From: Octopus sinensis
Taxonomy: Eukaryota
Reading direction: 5' to 3'
Assembly: GCF_006345805.1 (NCBI RefSeq)
Contig: NW_021833834.1
Span: forward strand, 1-62,169
Length of the DNA stretch: 62,169 nucleotides
Position numbers and translations under genes: made by a program. A model generated the notes under the pieces. It was not told the DNA's origin, did no database searches, and was given only the letters and a program-made list of their open reading frames with translations. This document shows positions 1 to 12,142 of this stretch, piece by piece. Within the stretch, counting starts at the first letter, position 1; each line of letters starts with the position of its first letter.

Positions 1-110
1 AGCCAGAGACTATAGTAGAAGACACTTGCCCAAAGTGCCACGCAGTGAGACTGAACACGGAACCATGTGGTTGGTAAGCAAGCTACTTACCACACAGCCA
101 CTCCTGCGCC
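1..110 (-). mobile_element. tRNA-derived SINE family A, 5' head (cut by window edge)
   Basis: Reverse complement reads GGCGCAGGAGTGGCTGTGTGGTAAGTAGCTTGCTTACCAACCACATGGTTCC..., with A-box- and B-box-like motifs. Same family as the full copies at 14963-15360 and 57832-58270. Resembles octopus OK/OR-type SINEs; exact family not verified. Confidence 0.9.
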
Positions 111-414
111 TATAAATGTATATAAAACGATGGGATTTTTTTAGAGCATTTACAATTACGAAGTAGAAAACATTTTAATGATTAAATCTTCAAAAATTTA
201 ATGACAGGGGTAGATAATATCAAAACTTATCGGAGAAGAATATAAAAAATGTGGATTACTAAAAGTTCGGTAATATTGGGTTATTATAGAATACACGGAC
301 AAGAGAGAGAAAGAAGAAAAGAAGAGTAAAAAATGGGGATTGTTTTTACGGTTTCTGTCATCTTGCATGTAGCTCTTTTTTTCCATTGGGTACAGAAGTT
401 ATCCATAAAAAATG

Positions 415-600
415 GTATGAGAGCGAATATTTTACACCACTACTTCTCGCTAAAAAAGAAAATATTCTAATGAAACTCACTGTTCCCTATGAAAGCAGAA
501 TGAAGGATGCTCACATCTAGAAGACGGAGGAATACAGCTATTTAGCCATCAAATTGAGAGGATTTGATTTTTAAGTCAACGTACTCACCGTGGAGGAGCG
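415..600 (+). mobile_element. Decayed C-terminal restriction-like endonuclease (RLE) fragment of a non-LTR retrotransposon
   Basis: Translates with stops to ...ILMKLTVPYESRMKDAHI*KTEEYSYLAIKLRGFDF*VNVLTVE, resembling the ELTVPWE..MEEAH.RK..KY..L motif of RLE-type (R2/NeSL/Hero-like) elements. Confidence 0.55.
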
Positions 601-1155
601 ATCATGAGAATTGTGGGAAAATCTCTCTCACTCTCTTTGTATGTGTATATTTCTGTGCACTCGTGCACGTGTTTGCCATCTGTACCAAAAACACTGTCGC
701 CAAAACAAGTTAAATGTCCAGTCAACCGCGTCAAATCGTCAATATCCAAACAGCAGCGCCCAGTAGTCCCATTCCAATGTGACGTGTTTACATTGCTTGA
801 GAAAGGTACTTTTAGGAATAGAAATATGATGTAGCTCAGGATTCCAGGCCTTCGCTTTCCCTACAAAAAACTTAACCAGATTTTATGTTGCTTTAGTATA
901 TGTCGAAAGATTCCCTATATAAATTACTCAGGATGTGAGTGGCTTCATCCCGGATTTTCAGCAGATTACCCCTCTAGACCCTCTCTTTTAAATCATACTT
1001 CAGACATTTATAAAACACTATGTTTGCTTACCCCATGATGGAAATATCTGTGATGTGCGATTTGAACTCAGCACTGCAAGGTAACGAAACACTCTTTAGT
1101 CTTACTTTACTGATACTACTTACAGTGGTAAGCTACACCCTCCGAATACGCACAT

Positions 1156-1200
<45 letters not shown>

Positions 1201-1239
1201 CACACACTCACACATACATATGTATATATAGGTATCTAA

Positions 1240-1589
<350 letters not shown>

Positions 1590-1839
1590 CATACATATAT
1601 ATGTGTGTGTGTGTGAAGAAATACTTGATACAATCACAATAAAAGAAGATCTTTTTAAGAGAATTAACTATTGAAAAACTGTATTAAAAGAACATGACTG
1701 AACGTCACCAACCTTTGAGGAAGAAGTGTTCTTATAGTGTGTATTTTGAGTGTAAGCCCTTACGTTGTTCACCTTTTCAAACATGTTCTGGGTTAATGCG
1801 TATAGAGGAAGTCGTTTTAGTAATGGTGTTGACTATTTC

Positions 1840-3420
1840 CAGTTTAGTTTCGGATTTACAATTGTTATGATGTGTTCTACTTTTGCCTTTCACAGTTGAT
1901 CATTTTCGTCTTTTATTTTGTAAAAAAAACAAAGAATATATTGAATTTTCCATTTACAAAAAATGTCTAGATGCTTGCTGCATGAAACATTTCCTAGAGA
2001 TGAATGCTTAATTTGTTGTTTGTTCCCATTCACACGGCTGGTTAGTTTTGTTCCTGTTTTTCCAATGTAATTCTCGTTGCATTGTGACACGTGATGCAAT
2101 AGATGAGATTTTTTGCTTTACAATTCATGTTTGCATTCACCTCCAATTCCTTCTCATTCTCGAATCTTTTGGTTGTGCCTTGTTCAATTATTTCACATGT
2201 CCCACAACGAGGATTTTCACACTTTATCTGCATTATTTCTTTCTCCGATGTGAATCTCGCCTTTGCTAGAAGTCTCTTGAGATTTGGTGGCTGTCTTTGG
2301 TTGTTGATGATTTGTGATTTTTTAAAATTATATTTCAGAGATTCGATGATTGATGTTGAGTTGGGAAGTGTCGTTTGGCCGAATGTAGGATGTTGTGGTT
2401 CGTTGGATTATGGGAGAATGCAAATGCAATATTTATATTTATATTTTTGTTTTCAGCCTCTGTGTGAGTGTTTTTCCGCAAGGCGGAGATTGGGATTTCT
2501 TTTGCTTTCGTCATGGCATACTTTAATAAATTTAATAAATTTGCAGGTATTTTTGTTGTGAAAGAAAATACTTAGTTCTGCTAGTCGTTTCTCTCGTCTG
2601 TTTGTACCTGTAACTACTGAGCGTACACATCTAACCATATTGAATAGTATGTTCCTTTTTGTGTGAGAAGGGTAGCAATCTAAATATTGGTGTATGTAGG
2701 CATCTTTGCTGAAGAGATAAAATATAACTGTGTCATTTTCTTTAATTATTAGGAGTTCCAAAAAAGGGAGTTTCCTTTTATTCATTTCCATAATGAATGA
2801 ATTCGATTCATGAATGCCGTTTATTAAATTAAGGTATTTTGCAAAGTCCTCCTCACTTTTGTTCCAAAATATGTATCGATCATCGAAGTAACTTTTGCAG
2901 TTTCCTATTAAATAGGATTGTAAACGTAGATCAAAACTAATTTTAGATTTTTTCTTCCAGATATACCATTACTAGTGTCGCATACATCGGTGCGACTTTC
3001 GTCCCATTGCTGTGCGTTGTATTCGTAAGTAATATTCGCTTGTCCAAGATATTGTTGTTTTTCATAATTAACCGCAATCCTTCAATTATAAGCTCTTTTG
3101 AATTTTTTGTAGGTAGTTTTCTATAAAGAATTCTACTGTTTCTAATTCTAATCCATGGAGGATTTCTGTACAGAAATTGGTTACGTCAAAGCTAAATAGT
3201 ATCGTCTCTTTATTTACTCTTTCTGGAACATGGTCTAGAAAGTTCATGTCTGATGAAACTAGGGACCAATTTGCTCAAAGGTTTTTAAATTATGTCAAGG
3301 AAATTGCAAAATCGTTGGGTACTAGATGTTGGCCCTGCAACAGAAGGACGTGATTTTAGATCAGATGCTTTGGGAATCTGGTACTACTTTGCTGGGAATG
3401 CAGCTTTTTTCATTTCTACC
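1840..3420 (-). mobile_element. Decayed Penelope-like retroelement (RT + Cys linker + GIY-YIG), Neptune-like; many frameshifts and stops
   Basis: Minus-strand pieces: RPSVAGPTSSTQRFCNFLDII; ETILFSFDVTN (motif A); TAMG-KVAPMYATLVMVYLEEK (motif B'); YFDD (motif C); KLPFLELLI; HQYLDCYPSHTKRNILFNMVRCVRSVV; KCENPRCGTCEII; KAKNLIYCITC..QCNENYIGKTGTKLTSRV (GIY-YIG). Confidence 0.9.
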
Positions 3421-3906
3421 CTATGACAATCAGCGGCACAGCAAAAACGAAAGTGCAGAGAGAGTCGGCACATCAAGAGAACAGGTCACTTCTAGTTAGA
3501 AATCAAACTAAACATCTTTTACAGAACATATCTACCAAAAGAAGACGAGGGGAATGTGGCGGTTGTGTCTTTCGGGACTCGAATGTCCAATGAACGAATT
3601 CATGCAATGAAAATATTTATCAGAAGCAGTTAGCAAAGGAATAATATGAATGCCGTTTATATGGTACATTTATGCTAATACACACATAGCACACAGATGC
3701 ACGCATGCATAACGCATTTATGTTCCCTTAAATATATAAACAATCATATGAACGGGCAAACACAAACCTTCACTAATTCATTTCTTAGCATAGTATAGAC
3801 GCATCGACAAAATTCCAATAATGTTTACTCAGTTTATTTGAAGACATTCAACTCTAACGATTGATACCTCACAGTGTATTCTTTTGATTTTGGTGTAAAG
3901 AAAACA

Positions 3907-4317
3907 GGATCTTTTCGGTTTGAACGGCAGTTTTTAACATAATTTCTAGGTAACTAAAAAATTTTAAACTTCGTATACTGGTAGAATGTGTTTATAAAAC
4001 ATCTTTTTCTCTTGACTTTATTGATAAAATTCTATAGTTTGTAAGATATCTGTCGTTGTTTTTTCTTCAATTTCTGCAATTTCAACCAATCAGTGACGTG
4101 TATTGAGTTAAAAAACATTCTGTGCCGTATGAATATGTCCCTCGTTTAAGAAACAGATTGGGTTCATTTACATTTGTGAAGAAAAAAAGATACCCTTCCC
4201 CCACCCCTAACCCTAAAACAGATTGAAATGCAATAGATCGATACTAGGGTCATAATTATGGGTGACAATTTCATATGACACCGCTAGAAAAAACTGCCGT
4301 TTAAACCGAAAACATCC
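3907..4317. mobile_element. MITE with 29-bp TIRs and 8-bp TSD (AGAAAACA)
   Basis: Left TIR GGATCTTTTCGGTTTGAACGGCAGTTTTT; right TIR reverse complement GGATGTTTTCGGTTTAAACGGCAGTTTTT. AGAAAACA flanks both ends (3899-3906, 4318-4325). Confidence 0.85.
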
Positions 4318-4562
4318 AGAAAACATCCTACTAATCCATCGGTGACTAACTACAGTTAAATACAAGTCTAGGGAGCAAATAACGGTAGTTATTACTAGGG
4401 AATACGGCTCGAGTAAATCCAAGGAACCAACCTTCGGTGAAATAGCGATAATAAACCTAACTTACAAATACATATAAATATAGCTTCAAACACATGCTTA
4501 CACACGCAAACCACCACAAATACACACACACAGACACACCACACACACACACACACACACAC

Positions 4563-4610
<48 letters not shown>

Positions 4611-5277
4611 CATATATAAATATGCACATACAAAGTACATGCAAGTACATATAAACACATATTTCAAGCAGTTATTACAAATTGACTTTAACTTACACTT
4701 CCGTATGTATTTCACCTGTCTCGTGTTGTTGTCGACGGGGGTTCAAATCTAACATCATTAATCACAGGAACAGTTATTAAGAAAATAAATCTGTTACTTT
4801 GATATTTAAAAAATTCTTCTTTCGACCTTTCTCAAAGTCTGTGAAAATATCAGTTTCTGATAGGTGCACTTAATCAACAAGTCGTACAAAGTAAGAAATA
4901 TTAGCTTTCGCAGTCAGATATTCAGCTGCGATGATTTAAGCATTTCAGAAATTCTGAAGTACAAGTTCGACTCTAAAATGCGGAGACCGGTAAATTCCTC
5001 GATTAGAAAATCGAAGCATCTTATATAAACATGTCTAAGAGATCGTGACTATGATAATAGTCATAGCAGGCTTAGAGATATAAATATGACTTGTTGGGCT
5101 AAACGCAGTCATATGTACAAGTAAAGGGGTATCTTGTACTGCAAGTCACTAAAACGCTAGTCAGTAGAAACTAAAGTTCCGATTTACAATGGGGGACTTA
5201 ACAGTAGTCATTACCGGAAATGTGGCACAAGTGAATTATGGGAACCAATCTTCGGTTAACATTGATAGTAAAATAGA

Positions 5278-5665
5278 TCTTTTACTTGGGCACCACCTTG
5301 AAGAGTTTTTGTCGAACGAATTGCCCCCAGTACTTTTTTAAGCCGAGTACTTATTCTATCTATCTCTTTTGCCGAATCGCTAATTTATGGGGATGTAAAA
5401 ACACCAAGTTCGGTTGTCAAGCGATGATGGGACACACACACACACACACACACACACAACACACACACACACACACATATATAGAATGAAAAAAATAGTC
5501 AATAGACTATATATTATTCAAAGAAGAATACAGTGTACGTTCAAACACAAAAGAGATACCCGAAGAATAGGATATCTGACTCGCTAGAAAGAGCAGTTAA
5601 AGTCCGAGTCACCAATTGTTGAAATTCCGAAAGTGATTGGAAAATAAAAACTATATAGCATATAC

Positions 5666-5726
<61 letters not shown>

Positions 5727-5890
5727 CAATGGGCTTCTTCCAGTTTCCGTCTGCCAATTCCACTTACAAGGCTTTGGTGGGCCCGATGCAATAGTAGAAG
5801 TCCCACTGCCTGGTCCAAGGTGCCACGCAGTGGGACTGAACCCACCACCGTGAGGTTGGGAAGTAACCCTTTTACCAGACAACCAACCAC
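5278..5890 (-). mobile_element. SINE family A, degenerate, central microsatellite expanded or interrupted
   Basis: 3' half at 5278-5432 and head at 5730-5890, separated by (CA)n/(TA)n and unrelated sequence. Confidence 0.75.
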
Positions 5891-6580
5891 ATAGACACGT
5901 GTATACGCAACAAACACACATGTACGTTTGAATATATCCACAGATACATGCTAGTACTTATAAGCTTACTTAATCGTTTATGCACTTATTAATTCATGTT
6001 TTCATTTACTCTATGTTTCGTCCTTTTATCTTGAAACGTAGTTTAAATAGTGTGAAAATGATTAATGAGATGCGCTCTCTGAAAACTTTAGCTGCTCTTA
6101 CTCTGGGTTTAGAAAAAAACAAAAAGCCGTTTAAAATACGTTTAAAAGTTAACTGTTACAAATCAGGAAAAACGTTTACTTATCATAACTTTTAGGAATT
6201 CCGAAAAGTTATATGGAAACATATACAACAGAAATGAGTGAATAAATAAATTGTTAATTTATATGTAAACCCAAGAAACCAAAGTTGCAATGAATGAAGG
6301 AAAAAGAGTAACATACAAGGTCTGAATTTAAGTGAGGAAATTGTTATAATTGAGTTTTCGCGGAGGACATGAATTCAGCGAAATAAAGGTAGAAAAAGAG
6401 CTAAAATTAATTCATTTGAATCATTGCAAAGGCATTATATAATATGGAATACTATTGCTTTTGATAAGAATAACTGCTAATACGAGATTCTTAGAGGCAT
6501 CAATAATATAGACTGTACATACATTTTAAAATTCGTGCGAAATTCCCTGCAGTTCAATTAAACTTCCATCAAATAATTAT

Positions 6581-6805
6581 TACCTATTTCTTCACTACCC
6601 ACAAGGAGCCAAACACAGAGAGGACAAACAAACGGATTGAGTCGATTATATCGACCCCAGTGTGTAACTGGTATTTAATGTATCGACCCCGAAAGGAGAA
6701 AAAGCAAAGTCGACCTCGGCGGAATTTGAACTCAGAACGTAACGGCATACGAAATACCGCTAAGCATTTCGTCCGGCGTACAAACGTTTCTGCCAGCTCA
6801 CCGCC
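6581..6805 (-). mobile_element. tRNA-derived SINE family B
   Basis: Reverse complement GGCGGTGAGCTGGCAGAAACGTT...GAGTTCAAATTCCGCCGAGGTCGACTTTGC...; many copies in the window. Confidence 0.9.
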
Positions 6806-7228
6806 TTCTTTCCTCAAATAATTATTACCACTGAGCAAATTGTGTGTCAAGACACCTTATCAAGTTGTTATCGTTTGCATCTCAATGAAAGCATTTTGGT
6901 TCTTTGTTGCAGAGCCAACCATTTATTTACTGAAGATTTTAAGGAACAAAACAAAAGAAAACAAATATAACAGAGAATATACGCGTTTGTATATCTTTTT
7001 GTACATGAATATCTCTTATAAGAATTAATGGTTGAGGCATTCTTTTTCAATAAGGTTTAATAGCAACCAGCTAAACTTTGATACATGTAAGAAATAATTC
7101 AAGGATCCCTAGCATATTTAAAAAGCTAACTGGAAATAATTATGAAGAAAAAAATATTTATTTTACATATTTTAGCAACCACGAAAGACAATTCTGAACA
7201 TACTTCTTTATCATTACAACTTCATTAA

Positions 7229-7288
7229 GGCGGCGAGCTGGCAGAAACGTTCAAATTCCACCGAGGTCGACTTTGCCTTTCATCCTTT
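7229..7288 (+). mobile_element. SINE family B, internally deleted
   Basis: GGCGGCGAGCTGGCAGAAACGTT joined directly to CAAATTCCACCGAGGTCGACTTTGCC; about 55 nt lost between short GTT microhomologies. Confidence 0.8.
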
Positions 7289-7894
7289 AATCCAACGGGA
7301 TTATCCATACAATTAGCAGATAGAAAAAAGTTTCTTCTAGTAGTATTGAAAAATGTAAAAGCAAACAGGCAAAGGAAATAATTCTAATAAGATCAATTAA
7401 TAAAAATTTTGCAAAATATGGAAAATGTAGTATGAAGGTGGATGTAATCTTCAAAATCAAGCTGCGAAACCAACGGACATGTTTCATTTTTGTCAGAGTT
7501 CTTTGGTGAAGTGAATCTTACTTATAAAATGATTACAACCACCACGTCTAAGGGGGACTTTTTGTCTTATAATTGCATTGATTTTTTTTCAGTTCGAAAA
7601 TTCTCAACTCACTGTGTTGTATATGGGAGACCCTAAGATATTTGTATTTAGTCTACAGAACATTCTCCTAATGTATTTTCCGTAGACCGCGTTGTTGATA
7701 ATTCAGTCATGTAAGTATTGGAAAAAGTTACTTTTAGAGAAAGATCTAAAGTGTTATGGACACTGAATATATCTGAAACTGCCAAAGAAAACCATATCGA
7801 TTCATTATTCCAATACAGACAAACACAGTGAAAGTGTAACAGGCCGCATGTTTCGCTATACGACAATATAAAAATGTTACTATATACCATAAAT

Positions 7895-8243
7895 CTTTTC
7901 TTTTACTTGCTTCGGTCATTGGACTGCGATCATGCTGTCGCGCCACTTTAGAAGTTTTAGTCGAACAAATCGATTCCAGTACTTATTTTTAAGTCTAGTA
8001 CTTATATAGTTCTCTTTATATTTCTTTATTGACCACAAGGGGCTAAACATAGAGGGGACAAACAAGGACAGACAAACGGATTAAGTCGATTACATCGACC
8101 CCAGTGCGCAACTGGTACTTTATTTATCGACCCCGAAAGGATGAAAGGCAAAGTCGACCTCGGCGGAATTTGAACTCACAACGTAACGACAGACGAAATA
8201 CCGCTACGCATTTCGCCCGACGTGCTAACGTTTCTGCCAGCTC
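7895..8243 (-). mobile_element. SINE family A 3' part (7895-8019) abutting a SINE family B copy (8020-8243)
   Basis: Matches to both consensus sequences seen elsewhere in the window. Confidence 0.85.
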
Positions 8244-8394
8244 GTTCTCTTTAGCTGAACTACTAGGTTACAGGGCTGTAAACATACCAACACCAATTGT
8301 CAAGTAGTGAAGGTTATAACATAATCACACATAGATACACACACACATACATGCATACATACATACATACATACATACATACATACATACATAC

Positions 8395-8830
8395 TGTTGT
8401 GTCGACACCCCCAGACGATAAAGTAGACTAGCTTAATACGTAGATATAGAGGGAGAAGTCTAGACGTCAGGGAAGAGTGAGTGAGAGAGCACAGTTGAGT
8501 AGTAGTGGAGTCGAGTTGAGTAGAAGGCATCCGAACGAGCGACATAACACATACATACATACATACTACATACATACATACAATAACTTCCTGTTCAACC
8601 ACGCGGTTAAGGAAACTCTCTTTTCTCAAGGAACTGTTGTGGCTTACCAAGCAACATCGTCCGCTGTGAGACCACGTGACCCTCCTTGACCAACTGCAGT
8701 CCATCTCCCAGTAGCCATATTTGACTTCCTGTGTCTCTCCGTTCACTCGGACATTCCACGAGCCAGAAGAGACAGGTTCCGTCAGGGGCCTGCGAAACTT
8801 GAAGTTGCACGGAATCCTAATTAAGCTGTT
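8395..8830 (+). mobile_element. Possible solo LTR with inserted (TACA)n
   Basis: Starts TGTTG; TATA-like GATATAGAGGG followed by CAGTT; higher GC than flanks; possible ends at CAACA (8656) or TGTACA (~8830). No TSD found. Confidence 0.4.
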
Positions 8831-8881
8831 TTGTACACACACACACACGCAAATAAACACGCACACGCGAGCATACACATA

Positions 8882-9807
8882 TGCGAGCGAGAGTCAAAAT
8901 TATACGCACTCTTTTTTTTTCAATGTATTTACAGAAAAGCAGAGGATAAACAAGTACGTCATTTTTCTATAAAGCCTCCTTCCTTTTCGATGCACTTAGT
9001 TCAGTAGTCCACAAGTTTGCACATTCACTTCAAGAAGGTTTTCGGTCAGCAGTGCAACCATTTATGCACCGCTTCCTACACATCTTCATCTGTAGGAAAT
9101 CGACGACCTTGTAAACCATCTTTGAGAGGTCCAAAGACATGATAATCGGAAGGGGCGAGATCTCGGTTGTAGGCAGGGTGTTCCAGAACCTCAAAACTCA
9201 GTTCGTTAATGGTTTCAACGGTCTGAGCAGCCGTGTGTGGGCGTGCATTGTCATGCAACAACAAAACTTTCTTTAACAATAGGCTTTGGTGCAAATTGCT
9301 GGCTTCAGTTTGTTGGCCAGCAAAGCACTGTATCTTGCACTGTTGATCGTACACCCCTTTTCCAGCTAGTCTTCCAGTATAGGCACCTTTGAGTCCCAAT
9401 ATAGGCCTAGCATCACCTTTACTGCAGAAAACTGATTCTTGAATTTCTTCGTCGCTGTCGAGCCAGAATGTTTCCACTCCATACTCTGTCTTTTGCATTC
9501 TGCCTCATAATAATGGACCCATATTTCATCTCTTGTGAATATTCTGCTCAAAAATTCCTCGCCCTCATTGTTGTAGCGGTCGAGTAAACGTTGGCAGACC
9601 TCAAAACGTTTGCGGTTGTGCCCTGCAGTAAGTTCTCTTGGCACCCATATTGCACAGACTTTCTTTGAAGGGCAGAACCATGATTTGAAAGGCAAAACCA
9701 TGACTAATCTGCAGAGGACGAGCTGCTTCACCGATAATAACTCACTGTTTCACCATTACTATCTCTCGAGCTTGTTGTATCTTCTCGTCAGTGGTGAGGG
9801 TTGACGG
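8882..9807 (-). mobile_element. Decayed mariner transposon, 3' two-thirds including one TIR
   Basis: Minus-strand KKVCAIWVPRELT; IFTRDEIWVHYYE; LLHDNARPHTAAQT..EVLEHPAYNRDLAPSDYHVFGPLK (DD34D-type motifs). TIR-like GCGAGAGTCAAAATTATACGCACT near 8885. 5' end replaced by a SINE B head at ~9805. Confidence 0.9.
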
Positions 9808-10048
9808 AATTCGGACTTAGAACGTGAAGACGGGCAAAATACTACTAAGCATTTTGTCCAGTGTGCTAACGATTCTGTCAGCTCGTCGCCTTAATTTGAA
9901 CTCAACATTGGTTTCAAATTTTCACTTAAGGCCAATAATTTCGGAGGAGTAGGGTAAGTTGATTATACTTACCCCAGTGTTCAACTGGTACTTGTTGTAT
10001 CGACCCCGAAAGGATGAAAGGCAAAAGTCGACCTCGGCGGAATTTGAT
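9805..10048 (-). mobile_element. Two SINE family B fragments (9805-9892 head; 9915-10048 body)
   Basis: Match to family B consensus. Confidence 0.8.
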
Positions 10049-10368
10049 TTAAGCTCAACATTGAAAGGAGAAAGATAACAAACTATTTGTTGCTTTTACA
10101 ATTCTGTCGCTGTTTACATTGACATGGCGTTTTCACCCTGTAATGCCTAATTTTAGTGGAATTAGCCATTTCAGAGTTAAGTACCTTTGTACAGGTGGAA
10201 GTCAATACTATTGACAGCGTATGAACTTCAGCGTTTATCTCGATTGCTGTTTCCTATTTTATCAATCTGACTTTCCCCACTCTCTTATGGAACAAATAAT
10301 GAGGATATTGAGTGTTTGTGCGTGCGCATGTGTGGGTGTATGTGTGTGTTTGAGAGAGAGAGAGAGAG

Positions 10369-10407
<39 letters not shown>

Positions 10408-10530
10408 TGATGGTGGTGGTAGTGGTGGTGGTGGTGTGTGTGTAGGGTGCAAAGGAAATGTTTTAGAAAGAAAATTCTAAGACTAGACCATGGACTATTC
10501 CCAAGAAATAAAAGTCCATGACAAAACTAT

Positions 10531-10745
10531 CTTTTAGCTTTTATCTTTTACTTGTTTCGGTTATTAGAATGCGGCCATGCTGGGGTACCGCATTGAAGAA
10601 TTTTATTCGAATGTATCAAACCCAGTATTTTTTTAATGAATGGTACTTGTTTTATCGGTCACTTTTGCCGAACGGCTAAGTTACGGGTGCGTAAACACAC
10701 CGACACCGGTTATCAGGCGGTGATAGTGGGACAAACGCAGACGCA
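10531..10745 (-). mobile_element. SINE family A, 3' half
   Basis: TTTTACTTGTTTC..GCGGCCATGCTGGGGTACCGC..CACTTTTGCCGAACGGCTAAGTTACGGG. Confidence 0.8.
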
Positions 10746-11690
10746 AAGATAGCAAAGTAAAACAGTGGAGTTTGGAAAGGAAACAACGAAAATTCCATGA
10801 TGATTAATTGATACATTTGTGAAAGAAAGTCTCTAACATCCTAGTATAATAAATGTTATAGCTAGCGATTACATTAATATATAAAGAAAGAATAATGAAC
10901 TTCTACTTCAGACATTTTGAAAAGAAAAAAAAATCAAAAGGTTTGCGTTAATCAAGAAGTGAGTCGCGTCTGAAGTGTTTTCTTTTTAGACTGGTGTTTC
11001 AAAACGTTGTCTTTTGATCTTCTGATCTCATCATCTTAGTAGTTTATTTCAAAGCTGTACGGCTCGCAAACATTCAGCTTCTCACATACTTGTTCTCTTC
11101 AATGATATCAATAAGAACTTCTCTCAGTCCCCCAAACTGCCGATAAATAAAAGAGTTGAAAGCCCTGAAAATAGACAACGACTGAAATCCATTTACAGAC
11201 GATATTTTCAAAAATGTGGCACAAACTAACCTAAATACATACGAAACCACAACAAAAACCCATTATGTTATTGTCAAACCAGGTGAGTTCGGTTAAAAAA
11301 AAAACATCTCTGAAGAAATGAAACTTACGGTAATGTTTCAGTAGGGAATCCAAAGGAAACTGGTCCTTTGAGACACAGTAATTCCACCCAGTATCATCTT
11401 AAGGCATAAACATTCCGTGTACTTGTCCGGGTGGGGTGGGAAACAACGTGTCTTAGAACCCAATGCAAATCTCTACAGATTGAAGTTGTTTATAGGGGTC
11501 CCAGGACACTGCTTTGCTGGGGTGGGGACCAAAAGCTCTATTGAAGCAGCCCTGATTCCACTTGAAACAACTTAGACGCATATTTTTGTTGAAGACACTA
11601 CTAGAATTCTACAGTTCTATATTTAAGAAATGAGGGATTATGTACATTATTTACATTTGACGGATATTTGTCCTCATCTTGTTTGTTGTT

Positions 11691-11736
11691 AACACGACGT
11701 TTCGGCTAATATACCCTTCAGCCTTCATCAGGTGAC
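11691..11736 (-). ncRNA. Minimal type-I hammerhead ribozyme (family 1), intact core
   Basis: GTCAC-CTGATGA-A-GGCTG(aagggtatat)TAGCC-GAAA-CG-TC/GTGTT: full core, stem II, palindromic ACGT stem III, GUC cleavage triplet. Confidence 0.85.
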
Positions 11737-11807
11737 TTGGAGAAATTTCGAAGCTGGGTTCTCATTCCTAGGGTTATTTTTCGATGCTATTATTATTATT
11801 ATTATTA

Positions 11808-11857
<50 letters not shown>

Positions 11858-11887
11858 TCACTGCCTGGAATCGAACTTGGAATCTTG

Positions 11888-11944
11888 GGGTTAAAAGCGC
11901 GGCTACTAATCCCAAGATTCCTGGTTCGATTCCAGGCAGTGACT
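11888..11944 (+). ncRNA. tRNA-like head (partial D arm, anticodon-like loop, perfect T arm with B box); not a functional tRNA
   Basis: GGTTAAAAGCGCGG-CTACTAA-TCCCAAGATT-CCTGG TTCGATT CCAGG; 5' acceptor half missing. Confidence 0.75.
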
Positions 11945-11970
11945 TGAACAATAATAACAACAACAACAAC

Positions 11971-12032
<62 letters not shown>

Positions 12033-12099
12033 CAACAACAACAACAACAACATCAAAAAATACCTTAGGAATGAGAACCCAGGTTCAAAATTTCTCTAA

Positions 12100-12142
12100 G
12101 ACACCTGATGAAGGCTGGAGGGTATATCAGCCGAAACGTGTT
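12100..12142 (+). ncRNA. Minimal type-I hammerhead ribozyme (family 1), 2-nt deletion at the cleavage site
   Basis: GACAC-CTGATGA-A-GGCTG(gagggtatat)CAGCC-GAAA-CGT-GTT; lacks the CG present in the left copy. Confidence 0.75.

Noticed and set aside
11888-11944. Functional tRNA gene
   Set aside because: Acceptor stem and 5' half of the D arm are missing; it is the head of a repeat.
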